Virus record (IMG/VR): IMGVR_UViG_3300048629_000106
Coordinates: 1-29,592 of that record
DNA: 29,592 bases
Source of the DNA: a virus
Taxonomy: Duplodnaviria; Caudoviricetes
Strand: one strand, 5' to 3'
Shown here piece by piece: positions 11,001-18,132 of the stretch (the stretch's first letter is position 1; every line of letters starts with the position of its first letter). Made by a program: the position numbers and the translations under genes. Under the pieces are notes generated by a model. It was not told the DNA's origin. It searched no databases and was given only the letters and a program-made list of their open reading frames with translations.

Positions 11001-14000
11001 CTTGGGGTTAAATCAAACGCCATTATTGAATATCTTAAAACGGGGCTTAGTATGGAAAAGTGGGCATTTGGCACATCTATCAATAGTAAATCTTCTACTG
11101 CTGAGAATTTAGCGTTGGGGGCTGCTGGTCGTGATTTAAAGGCTATAATAAAGGAACAATATATTAATTCTGAATCTGATAGTCCATCTGTTGAGCAGGG
11201 TATTGGTGGTAAAGTTAGAGATAGGAGTGTGGGAATAACTAGCAAGTTTCAAAGGGCTATTACTTACTTTTTTCGACGGGAAAAGAAAAACAAGAAAACT
11301 TCTGGTTATGCAGGAGCTGATTTTTTTGCTACTCCTGAGCCTTTGGGGCTTAAAATGGTAGAATGGTTGCGGTTAGAAGATGGGGATAGTGTTCTTGAAC
11401 CCTCTGCTGGTGATGGTGCTATTGCTCGGTGGATACCAGATAATATGCATACTGTTCTTTTGGAACCTTCAGATGAACTTGCTGGTGATTTAATGGTGTT
11501 GGTGGGGGGTACTGTTCAGCCTATTAAGTTTGAACAGCTAAATAGGTTGAATAAATTTGAGGGGATTGTTATGAATCCCCCGTTTGGAAAGCAAAGCAAA
11601 TTAGCTTTTGAACATGTTGCAAAAGCTTTTGAGCATTTGGAAAATGGTGGGCGTATTGTTGCTTTGGTTCCAGATGGTTCTTCTTTTGATAAACGGTTTA
11701 ATAATTGGATGGCAAACAATGATAATGCCTATCTAAGGGCAAGTCGTGGGTTACCTGCTGGTATATTTAGTAGGGTTGGGACATCAGTTAAAACTAAAAT
11801 TCTTATTATTGATCGTGTTGATGATGATGTACATGTTCCTTTTGCTGTTGGTGGTGAATTGGTAGAGTTCTCTGGTAAGCCAAATATGCAAGAGTTTTTT
11901 AATGCAATAGAGGATATGGAGAGCATTCCTAGAATAGAAGTATTTTCAACAAAAAAAATATTTAAAAAATTTAGCGTAAGGTTTTCTGTCAAAAAACAAA
12001 ATGGTAATATAGTTGTAACGCTAACTGGTAGAGAATTTGTTAAGGCTGTTGGTAGGAGTTTTGTAGATTATGTAGATAATCATTATGCAGGTATAGACGC
12101 AGCCGCGATAAAATCTCCAGATGCAAAAGGTCGTGGAAATGATCAGATACAAATTATTTATACAGTAAATAGTAATAAAAAAGTTCCTTGGGGGTTGGGC
12201 ATAGATGAAGTTTCCCCTTCTCAATTAAAAGAAAAATGGGCAGAGTTTTTGGAGGAATATTCAGGGTTGTATCGCGGTAGAAAATTAAGAGAGTTAGCAG
12301 GAGAAAAAGAAGATACTACTCCTGAACTACCTCTGTATGGTATGGTTGAACCTAAAGGCGAATTGGGTGATAACTCCTTGCTTAAACCATCTAAAAATAT
12401 TCTTCCTAAAAAATCCACTAAACAAAAACCTAAAAAGCTTGTAGGTAAATCTGATATTATTAAATTTATAAACGATAATTTTATGGTAGTCCGCAAGGGC
12501 AGATCATGGAGCTTTAGAAAGAAAAAAGGTGGTGGAAGTGTAAAAGGTTTTTATAATTCTCATGAAGATGAGATTAGGCTTAAAAATGCCGAATCTATCG
12601 AAGTTGTAATGCACGAGCTTGGTCATGCATTACACGGGATACTTATTGGTAAGCGTCGTGGCGAAGATGGCAAACTTAGATTAGTAGGATTAAATAATCT
12701 ATTAAGTGGGGTAGCTCTTGGTGAACTTGAATCATTGGGTAAATCTACGAGTCCAATTGACAAATTGGGAGATAAAGAGTATTTGCAAAAAGAGGGTTTA
12801 GCTGAATATGTCCGCAGATATATATTTGCTCCAGAAACAATATCAATTTATGCACCAGCCTTTAGTAAGTCTTTTGAAGAATTACTAAAAACCGATCCTG
12901 ATGTAGCAAAGGTTGTAGATACATTAAGAGATATGGTGCAATCATACAAAGACTTGTCTGAATATGAGCGTGTGCAAACAAAAATAAAATCGGCGAATCT
13001 CAAAAAGCCAAAAATAAAAGATTTTAGCCGTAAACTCAAAAAACTTATAGCAAGAATAGATGAAGAAATGTATGATGCTTTATCGCCATTGCGACGGGCG
13101 TTGGATAAGGTGGTAAGTGCAAAACCTAACCTATCTGCCGAAATTGAAAATATCTGGCTTGAAGCTTGGATGTTGCGTGGTGAAGCTGGTAGAATTTCCG
13201 CCTTTTTGTCTCATGAAGTATTTGATACTGGCTTGCGTAAAGTTGATGCAAAACCATTTGCACAAATCTTGTCAGAAGCAGTAGAAAATAAGGTTTTAGA
13301 AGAATTTGAGGTTTATCTAGTTGTTCAACGTGGTTTGGAGCTAGCAAAGCAAGATATAAAAACAGGTTTGGAAGATATTTCTTTAAGTGAAATATCTAAA
13401 CAATTATTACAAAAACATCCAATACTAAAATCTTTGGCGAATGATTTAAAAAATTACCAAAACGCCTTGCTTAGGTATTATGCTGAATCTGGTATGATGA
13501 AAAAGGCAGATGCTGAAAAGTTAATCAGTAAAAATATGTCGTACGTACCTTTTTATCGCTGGTTTGATAGCGATTTAAAAGAAGATAATATAAATGAATC
13601 ATTTCTTAAGGTAAGTGGTAGTTATATCAATCTATCACCTGCTATAAAAAGGCAATTTGGTAGCGAAAGAAGTATTATATCACCATTGTCTGGTATTGTT
13701 ATGAATACTGTTAAGATGTTATCCAAGGCAGATGAGAATAGGGTTGGAAAGCTTTTTACAGATTTGGCAAATGATGAAGAAACTGGTTGGCTAGTAAAAA
13801 AACTAGATAAACAGTTTAACATGAAGCCTATTACTGTTACTGTTGGAGAATTACTCGCAGATTTAGAAGGTCAAGGGATTGGGGTAGTAGACTTAAATGA
13901 ATTGGCAAAGGTGAATAAAAAGGGTTCAAAAGCCACTTTGGAATACGATTCCTCACAATTTGCTAATGATGAAGTAACAATTTATAGACCTATAGATATA

Positions 14001-15995
14001 AAACCATTGCCAGACGAAGCCATTGCCACTGTGTGGAGAGATGGTGTTCCTGTGGTATACCAAGTAGATCCGGGGGTGGCAAGTGCAATGAGAGGTATTA
14101 CTGTTGGTAAAGCCAATTGGGTTATAGAACTAATGGCAATACCAACCAAGATGTTGCGTATAGGTGCAACAACAATGCCTAGTTTTGTTGTTAATAACTT
14201 TGCAAAGGATCAAACAGTAGGTTTTATCAATAGTCAATATGGTTACAATCCCTTAGTGGACTTTGTCAAAGGTGTTTATTCTTTTGTTAAAAAAGACAAG
14301 CACTATATAGATTTTCTTAAAGCTGGTGGTGCAAACGCAATGTTTGTTTCTCAGGATATAGATCGTTCAAAACGTGATATAGAAGAACTTGTAGCCTTTG
14401 GTGCTAAGGGCTATCATGGTATGATGAAGCGTGGCAAGTGGATTGCCTCTCACCCTATAACTGCCGCCCGTAAAATTGGCGAAGCTGGCGAAGTAGGAAC
14501 TAGGCTTGGAAACTTTCGTAAAACTTTTCAAGTATTGCAAAAGAGATTAGCCGAAAAAGGAAAAACTGGCAATCCTATATTAGACTGGGTATACAATTTT
14601 ATTGGCATCTTTCCCGGAATAATGAATAATAGCGACGATTGGCAACACTCTCCGTCTGCTATACAGCACAAATTAAAACAATATGATTTAATGGATCAAT
14701 ATATTGATTTATCTGCTATGATTGATAATACCCCAAATATGACTGCTGACGGTGCAGAGGAAATAAAACGAGTTACCGCTGTACATCTTATAGATATGGC
14801 TATGAGAGTAGAGTGGAGAAGCCTTTTATTACAATCTGGTTTAGCCGCTCGTGATGACACTTCCGATTTTGGCAGGTGGGGTAAAACAACTCGTGTAGGT
14901 AGTAAGATGTTTGCTTTTATGAATCCGGGATTCCAAGAACAGTCCAAAATGTGGCGAATGCTCAAAAATCCAAAAACTAGGTGGGGATATATTGCACGTG
15001 CAATAGTATCAATCACTATACCAACTCTGCTTGAAACATTAATGTATCGTGATGACCCCGAATATCAGGATCTTGATAAGCTCTCTAAAGATATTTTTTA
15101 TCATATCAAGGTTGGAGATAGATTTATCCCTATATTTCCAAAGGCCTGGGGAATGAATACTATTTTTGGTAATATTCCCCGTGATATTATGAATGGTATA
15201 CTAGATGCAATGGATCCAGATACTGAACAACATGTAATAGCAGATTTAGTATCAAGTATAAAGCATGGTTTTGGCATGACGCTGGTCCCAACATTGGCAT
15301 ATCCAATAGTAGAAAATTACGCAAACAGAAGTATTTTTACTGGTGGCACTATCGTTCCACCATCTACTGAGGGCATGGAAGCCAAAGACCAATACAAAGA
15401 TACTACTAGTTTAACGGCTAAAGTAATTGGTAATATGGTTCCGGGTGAAGGTGCATCACCCGCAAAATTAGAAAATTATGTATCATCTTGGACTGCTGGT
15501 CTTGGCAATTATATATTAATGGGTAGTGATAAAGTCCTATCCCAATTTGTGAAGGATCCTTCTGGTTCGGATTATCTACCATTTAAATATGATGTGCCTA
15601 TAATAAGGCGGTTTTTACCAAATTATTCAAGATCTAGGTCGGTTACAAAAATGTATGATATTTATAGCGAAGCAAAAAAGCAATTAGCATCATACAAAAA
15701 AGCAAAAAAAACAAACAATCTGCCTAGAATGAAAGAGCTTACCGCTGAAGAAAATTGGAAATTAAATATTCATTACGATTCACGCCGTAAAAAATATATT
15801 TTTAATTATGCTAACGAAATGAAACAAATTGCATCATTACGCCTAGATATTAGATCGCTAAGAAATAATAAAGAATTAACCAATCCCCAAAAGGTTAAAA
15901 TAGCAGAAGAAAAACTAAAAAATATCCGTACTATCTCTCGCAAGGTAGTAAAAGATTATAATCAAAAAAGAATAACCGTATTACATAAGATATAA
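5067..15995 (+). CDS. Large polyvalent DarB-like protein (3642 aa): ParB-like domain, SF2 helicase, amino(N6-adenine-type) DNA methyltransferase, zincin peptidase, probable LPD38-like C-terminus
   Basis: ddrB-like ParB motifs QPRNR (~7497), SSGAP and GNGR (~7680). Helicase motifs GTGTGKT (~9555), DESH (9813), SATP (10104), AGKEGISLHD and QMEGRIYR (10977). MTase motifs FFATP (11322), VLEPSAGDG (11391) and NPPF (11574). HELGH (12612) with a downstream EGLAEY (12792). The C-terminal ~900 aa resembles LPD38-type regions (recognised by eye). Confidence 0.85.
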   Translation: MAIKDIYSGDSAEDVVIDGVGGEKTIAQMGIWGAGREWGAEDILQGAKENPEFWVENKLQTDIDNIASLPVVRGFDTIREDIKRLPEFKNPRLENIFKRLEDASNSEDFEIQKKSKLMMQRLNNIEDKYRKKLEKTASKVGITVGELSGLAKKSHKGWGEIDITDERDKIYKKMFAELDQWQDKDLLELSKDQNDRLLLETGNMVRDKDATPEDFTRLIKEWKNTRDRMLADLPKNIAIPKDADEKQTKVLKEKQKELRDKRNNIIEYTQQMSNFMYEMRKRKKDQPKSVGQGAEAWRALKRIYYSKFPRAVGGIAGGLSGGNLGEDYRVGGGAMALEPDLIESGKASQFMSSNWWTKNVVEGTESIAEGVVGAYLATLMFGPGGLLVAEGVEGAGAATGIAGLSGETVGFLGFALPMGLEVAGNKFSDTYEKLLKEGKSQKSAWATASVEGLLSAAVEVATERISWGNYGNKLNKALHGGWEKSLERGIKLSLKDKVRAYVASGASATFAEFMEENISSVGNDLIDALHGDSRIVKMVKSGKITWGDVERAGKEIAGNFAGVLSSFGLGAGGAALGIHNAEDVITQYDSIKSEIGEALQDSVDDVVGTVLTDGERTVTVVDVTDDALMVEDNDTGDMGQIVDAGDGSLVMDGSDTPWQVVTDIKPVVDGEVEPTPVQTQSEDNIPPATVETEPTPTADIKPVVDGETEPTPTADVKPVVDGETEPTPVQTQSEDNIPPATVETEPTPTTDVKPVVDGETEPTPVSDVKLQKNEFNLDTPDDKYNVGGHWQVFDVNDVLVSSDKGYPQELQPRNRASIQSKAQILSIAKNVKWQKLFESAGITSSGAPLVLRIKDGEFGNTSGEDKYVVVVGNGRWSGIRMGYQSGNGAENYKKEVLKHSASAGLEVNTEKPVLARVIDMDKLLKRDADGNHIPAGIEDMADFAVSSNKDEKLDMSNVEQAIVDAKIIIDNEMLSGFETDANGNVLARSNDPFLRRFVELVGASGVLVSRPNGGGHVWSKELGGRVERAMLAALFVGTDNVQQLLDQLIEASEFYGISRVVSAINKISGELLKLAEERPAYNIIPDTALALREFVLYKKDVIDGVFSNIYDFMAQGELFKEDGIRRTRVSEAILLRLGTATGIYDIVDFFVSYIGSARKLDLTPKDMFGVENDTKEQIIERIIQDEKQKQKEFKRLSRSAGNEQTKGVEPQTRDSDKEPRRNSKNKNANSEKGNKKSESEDDRGDDGKIITGKGKLNKGSLGYTAENSKVGRKGTVLVGDDVPGISLDPNGSGGILAKGETTVGVEGSGFPSGEGVSPSGGRISGASDNNQVPTEPSNPRGEVSVSRDVDKDGSSKGSQQGTSAVENTADEPPTATTSKTEGSLAGNEGGLSNTQVGNKDNRTSKTKDVTPKKEPAKIEKPADLEVKEKDLTFEEKLQAQKDAEEIPVKIGDRGNISETLPFLYKEQQDDVYKAEQRMLIEKPTPDDPKKGILFANGTGTGKTFTGLGIMKRYIKRGKGRIVVLVPTQAKVNDWIKEAKLLGITINKIVDGKDAGKGVVITTYANMRANPILQSVLFDLVVADESHYINSNAAGKENSSLRGFSRLVGKRLFFESKIINGFYNEIKKNIEGAGKNVEDYFEDEDPSFFSTIVDEFLGKKSLKKFEKIMKKRVMSDVVLLSATPFAYVKNIEYGDELLFHMGDKDRFMISNFGYRIRYGKLTKPEVDVDTGLLEREFSNNLQAGGVMSVRMLSVDKDYSRHFVDVDTSLGRKIQDGLDLIKFDEYPVLAMNLHRLHTYHYKIILLEALKTEGGIDRVEKHLALGRKVVVFHSRKKGRPFHPFIFEPLIPLLRGLANSGINDDDLKKLAGEIKKFNSEHPEYRKLDLSSLQNSIDKFPKRFGQRVVMFNGDVPAKQRSKNIKLFNDDNSGVDIIIVQVDAGKEGISLHDITGNGRQRVLMALNLPNKPVDISQMEGRIYRLGVKSNAIIEYLKTGLSMEKWAFGTSINSKSSTAENLALGAAGRDLKAIIKEQYINSESDSPSVEQGIGGKVRDRSVGITSKFQRAITYFFRREKKNKKTSGYAGADFFATPEPLGLKMVEWLRLEDGDSVLEPSAGDGAIARWIPDNMHTVLLEPSDELAGDLMVLVGGTVQPIKFEQLNRLNKFEGIVMNPPFGKQSKLAFEHVAKAFEHLENGGRIVALVPDGSSFDKRFNNWMANNDNAYLRASRGLPAGIFSRVGTSVKTKILIIDRVDDDVHVPFAVGGELVEFSGKPNMQEFFNAIEDMESIPRIEVFSTKKIFKKFSVRFSVKKQNGNIVVTLTGREFVKAVGRSFVDYVDNHYAGIDAAAIKSPDAKGRGNDQIQIIYTVNSNKKVPWGLGIDEVSPSQLKEKWAEFLEEYSGLYRGRKLRELAGEKEDTTPELPLYGMVEPKGELGDNSLLKPSKNILPKKSTKQKPKKLVGKSDIIKFINDNFMVVRKGRSWSFRKKKGGGSVKGFYNSHEDEIRLKNAESIEVVMHELGHALHGILIGKRRGEDGKLRLVGLNNLLSGVALGELESLGKSTSPIDKLGDKEYLQKEGLAEYVRRYIFAPETISIYAPAFSKSFEELLKTDPDVAKVVDTLRDMVQSYKDLSEYERVQTKIKSANLKKPKIKDFSRKLKKLIARIDEEMYDALSPLRRALDKVVSAKPNLSAEIENIWLEAWMLRGEAGRISAFLSHEVFDTGLRKVDAKPFAQILSEAVENKVLEEFEVYLVVQRGLELAKQDIKTGLEDISLSEISKQLLQKHPILKSLANDLKNYQNALLRYYAESGMMKKADAEKLISKNMSYVPFYRWFDSDLKEDNINESFLKVSGSYINLSPAIKRQFGSERSIISPLSGIVMNTVKMLSKADENRVGKLFTDLANDEETGWLVKKLDKQFNMKPITVTVGELLADLEGQGIGVVDLNELAKVNKKGSKATLEYDSSQFANDEVTIYRPIDIKPLPDEAIATVWRDGVPVVYQVDPGVASAMRGITVGKANWVIELMAIPTKMLRIGATTMPSFVVNNFAKDQTVGFINSQYGYNPLVDFVKGVYSFVKKDKHYIDFLKAGGANAMFVSQDIDRSKRDIEELVAFGAKGYHGMMKRGKWIASHPITAARKIGEAGEVGTRLGNFRKTFQVLQKRLAEKGKTGNPILDWVYNFIGIFPGIMNNSDDWQHSPSAIQHKLKQYDLMDQYIDLSAMIDNTPNMTADGAEEIKRVTAVHLIDMAMRVEWRSLLLQSGLAARDDTSDFGRWGKTTRVGSKMFAFMNPGFQEQSKMWRMLKNPKTRWGYIARAIVSITIPTLLETLMYRDDPEYQDLDKLSKDIFYHIKVGDRFIPIFPKAWGMNTIFGNIPRDIMNGILDAMDPDTEQHVIADLVSSIKHGFGMTLVPTLAYPIVENYANRSIFTGGTIVPPSTEGMEAKDQYKDTTSLTAKVIGNMVPGEGASPAKLENYVSSWTAGLGNYILMGSDKVLSQFVKDPSGSDYLPFKYDVPIIRRFLPNYSRSRSVTKMYDIYSEAKKQLASYKKAKKTNNLPRMKELTAEENWKLNIHYDSRRKKYIFNYANEMKQIASLRLDIRSLRNNKELTNPQKVKIAEEKLKNIRTISRKVVKDYNQKRITVLHKI
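7053..7364 (+). repeat. Two tandem 156-bp units encoding a Pro/Thr/acidic linker (D[IV]KPVVDGE.EPTP x4)
   Basis: Units start at 7053 and 7209 and are near-identical; each holds two DxKPVVDGE sub-repeats and one VQTQSEDNIPPATVETEPTP. Confidence 0.95.
8620..9294 (+). CDS. Candidate overprinted gene (+1 frame, 224 aa) nested in the linker of the giant protein
   Basis: AAAGGA at 8605-8610, 9 nt before the ATG; helical, globular-looking translation; the host frame here is low-complexity and loses its T-ending codon bias. Confidence 0.55.
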   Translation: MKNKSKKSLKDYPALQAMSKQREWNRKHGTVIRNPDGTPKTRMQILKRGIKNPSPKMTAVMMARLSQERENSIKDRWDIRQKIARWAGREQFLSAMMYRVFLSTPTVREAYWQKVRQRLESKGVDSQVARGYLLVVEGLVEHRIITKYLLSHQTLEVRLVFPEMLTRMEAVKVANKELRLSKIQQTSLQQLLPVKLKDLLPVMKEDYLTHKWGIKITEPQKPKM

Positions 15996-15998
15996 CTA

Positions 15999-16026
15999 TT
16001 GCAAAATTATTGCAAACCATTATATT
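15999..16026 (+). promoter_or_regulatory. Putative sigma70-type promoter of the integrase, overlapping a TATTGCAAA direct repeat
   Basis: TTGCAA (15999-16004), 16-nt spacer, TATATT (16021-16026). TATTGCAAA occurs at 15997 and 16008. Confidence 0.4.
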
Positions 16027-16062
16027 ACTCTTTTAACCATGACCAACCAAAGGAGTAGTATA

Positions 16063-17226
16063 ATGGTAAATATTTATTTTGAAGAAAAAAGAGGGTATTT
16101 TATAACCTTCAGGCGTAATGGAAAAAATTTCTTTAGAACCTTAAAGGGTTTTAAAGACAAAGAGGCAGATGCCGAAATAGTAAAATCTATAGCAAAGGTT
16201 GTAGATACTGTATTGGTAAACCAACAAAGAACAAATACAGTTCTTAATCTATTGAGGGAAGTTTCTCGGTCTGTAAAAATATCTGATTTCCGATTGCCTA
16301 TAGTAGATGTCTGGGTACAATACTTATCCAGGCCAAACAAAAAACAAAATAGTATTGATACTGAAAAAGCAAGAGGTAATAAATGGCAGGTATTTGTCAG
16401 ATATATTACCAAAGAGTATCCTGAGCTATTGTACCTGCACGAAATAACCCCTGTACATATTCAGTCATATATGGATTATCTTTCTAAACAACTAAAGTCC
16501 GCTACTACTATCAATAATACTATTGGTTCTCTTAGTGTAGTATGGCAACGCCTAATGATAGATTATAGTATTTTTCTTAACCCGTGCAAATGTGTTGAAA
16601 AATTCAAAGCTGTAGTAATCAAAAAGGACAACTTAACGCCTGAAGAAATATCCTCACTATGGTTAGTAGCCCAATCTTGGGCATCTGGCGAAGGAAGCTA
16701 CACCACCCAACAAAAACCATTTTGGGCATTTGCAGTGGCGACTGCATATTATACTGGCTTACGTATTGGAGATATTGCTAATATTAAATATGATAACTTG
16801 GATTTAGATAATATGATATTAACCATCACTCCCCACAAGACCGAAAAAACAAATGCAAAACCATTACAACATGTTATTCATCCTGATATGCTAAAATATA
16901 TCCCATTGGATAGATCTAGTGAATATCTTTACCCTTATTATGCAAATGGTTGCAAAACCAATGCAAGTTGGTTCTGGGCAGAACAAAGAAACCTATTTGC
17001 TGAAGCAAATATTGTTACTACCAAAGAGACTCACCAAGGTAAACGAGTAACAAAGGGTATGCATTCCCTTCGGGTACATTACGCCACCACTCTATTAGAT
17101 TGTGGCGTACCTTTATCTGATGTACAGGGTGGTATGGGTCATAGCTCCCCTGCTATGACTGCATCATACAATCGTACCATAGATGCAGGATTAAAAAATG
17201 CTAAAAAAATAAAGAACATAAGTTGA
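16063..17226 (+). CDS. int: Tyrosine recombinase / phage integrase
   Basis: Catalytic residues in YTGLRIGD (R), PHKTEK (K), HSLR (HxxR) and MGHSSPAMTASY (H, Y), with a core-binding region upstream. The start is placed at ATG 16063 because AAGGAG lies at 16050-16055. Confidence 0.92.
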   Translation: MVNIYFEEKRGYFITFRRNGKNFFRTLKGFKDKEADAEIVKSIAKVVDTVLVNQQRTNTVLNLLREVSRSVKISDFRLPIVDVWVQYLSRPNKKQNSIDTEKARGNKWQVFVRYITKEYPELLYLHEITPVHIQSYMDYLSKQLKSATTINNTIGSLSVVWQRLMIDYSIFLNPCKCVEKFKAVVIKKDNLTPEEISSLWLVAQSWASGEGSYTTQQKPFWAFAVATAYYTGLRIGDIANIKYDNLDLDNMILTITPHKTEKTNAKPLQHVIHPDMLKYIPLDRSSEYLYPYYANGCKTNASWFWAEQRNLFAEANIVTTKETHQGKRVTKGMHSLRVHYATTLLDCGVPLSDVQGGMGHSSPAMTASYNRTIDAGLKNAKKIKNIS

Positions 17227-17323
17227 AAAATAAAAATGCCGTTGTAAGGTATAAATACAACGGCATTGAAGCCTGCTAGAGAATATTAACAATATTTATC
17301 TTTTAGACTAGCAGGCTTTTTTT
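17226..17323. terminator. Bidirectional double-hairpin intrinsic terminator between the convergent arms
   Basis: AATGCCGTTGTA (17235-46)/TACAACGGCATT (17256-67) is preceded by an A-tract (U-tail on -). AAGCCTGCTAG (17269-79)/CTAGCAGGCTT (17308-18) is followed by a T-tract (U-tail on +). Confidence 0.8.
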
Positions 17324-17879
17324 ATGTTATAGTGCTTATATACATTTTTCTTTCTATTTGTACTTGTAGTACAGTAAACCCTCTTGATTTATACATGACC
17401 ACAACATCAGGTTCATCATCCAGTACCGCAACCACATTTCTCGGGGTTAATCCCATTTTTTGAATAATTTCCTCTTTAACTTTCCAGTTGGGGTTGTTAT
17501 CTCCAATATCTCTCATTTTTAAAATCAAGTTTGCACTTGGATAAAAAGGAAAGCACTCAACCAATAACTCTTTTGTTTCATATCTAACCACTTCACTTCT
17601 ACCCGTAATGAAAATAGGCTTAATATCTGTGTTACTTATAATATCATTAACCAGCTTAATAACATTATAGTTTTTCTTGTCATTCCACACTGTGGAATAA
17701 TATTTATCCCAATCAGTATTACAACTATGCATTAATACCTCTCTTTTGAGTTCTGATATAGTAGTGGCATAATATTTATCCCGACCAGTATTACAACTAT
17801 GCATTAATACCTCTCTTTTATGGTCTGGTATAGTAATAGTACCATCAATATCAACTATTATATATAACTCGTTATTCAT
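17322..17879 (-). CDS. HAD-superfamily phosphatase resembling the 3'-phosphatase domain of T4 polynucleotide kinase, with no kinase domain
   Basis: Motifs DIDGT, ITGR, a conserved K and LDDEP..V. GGAG spacing favours ATG 17879 over 17885. Contains an internal 72-bp-period duplication. Confidence 0.8.
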   Translation of the reverse strand: MNNELYIIVDIDGTITIPDHKREVLMHSCNTGRDKYYATTISELKREVLMHSCNTDWDKYYSTVWNDKKNYNVIKLVNDIISNTDIKPIFITGRSEVVRYETKELLVECFPFYPSANLILKMRDIGDNNPNWKVKEEIIQKMGLTPRNVVAVLDDEPDVVVMYKSRGFTVLQVQIERKMYISTIT

Positions 17880-17928
17880 TTGCATTCTCCGTATCTCTAG
17901 TTTGTTGTTATCAATACATTTTTTTATA

Positions 17929-18132
17929 TTAGCTACTCTTAAATAAAGTCCAGATATAAACTCCTGGGACGTTTATTGCTATAGGTGAGGATTGGTTATA
18001 GGCCAAACCCACATAGGTTTTTCCTATAGGGCTATCATCCATGTCCCATCCTCTAGGGTTATTAGCATACTTTATCCAGGTGTAAGTAGGAGTCTTGTCT
18101 ATTATTAATTTTGGGGTTTGTGTCTGGTTCAT
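17929..18132 (-). CDS. 67-aa protein made of one stand-alone copy of the tail-protein YTWIKYA repeat domain
   Basis: TYTWIKYA..G..M...P.GK.Y.G.AYN.........P..Y.W.L.K aligns without gaps to the tail repeats. ATGA overlap with the upstream DUF5131 gene. Confidence 0.8.
   Translation of the reverse strand: MNQTQTPKLIIDKTPTYTWIKYANNPRGWDMDDSPIGKTYVGLAYNQSSPIAINVPGVYIWTLFKSS

Noticed and set aside
16039-16062. Upstream ATG (16039) as the integrase start
   Set aside because: It has no SD, whereas AAGGAG is correctly spaced for ATG 16063.
17929-18132. Diversity-generating retroelement template repeat for the tail gene
   Set aside because: Differences from the tail repeats are not adenine-specific, DNA identity is low beyond ~24 nt, and no reverse transcriptase is in the window.
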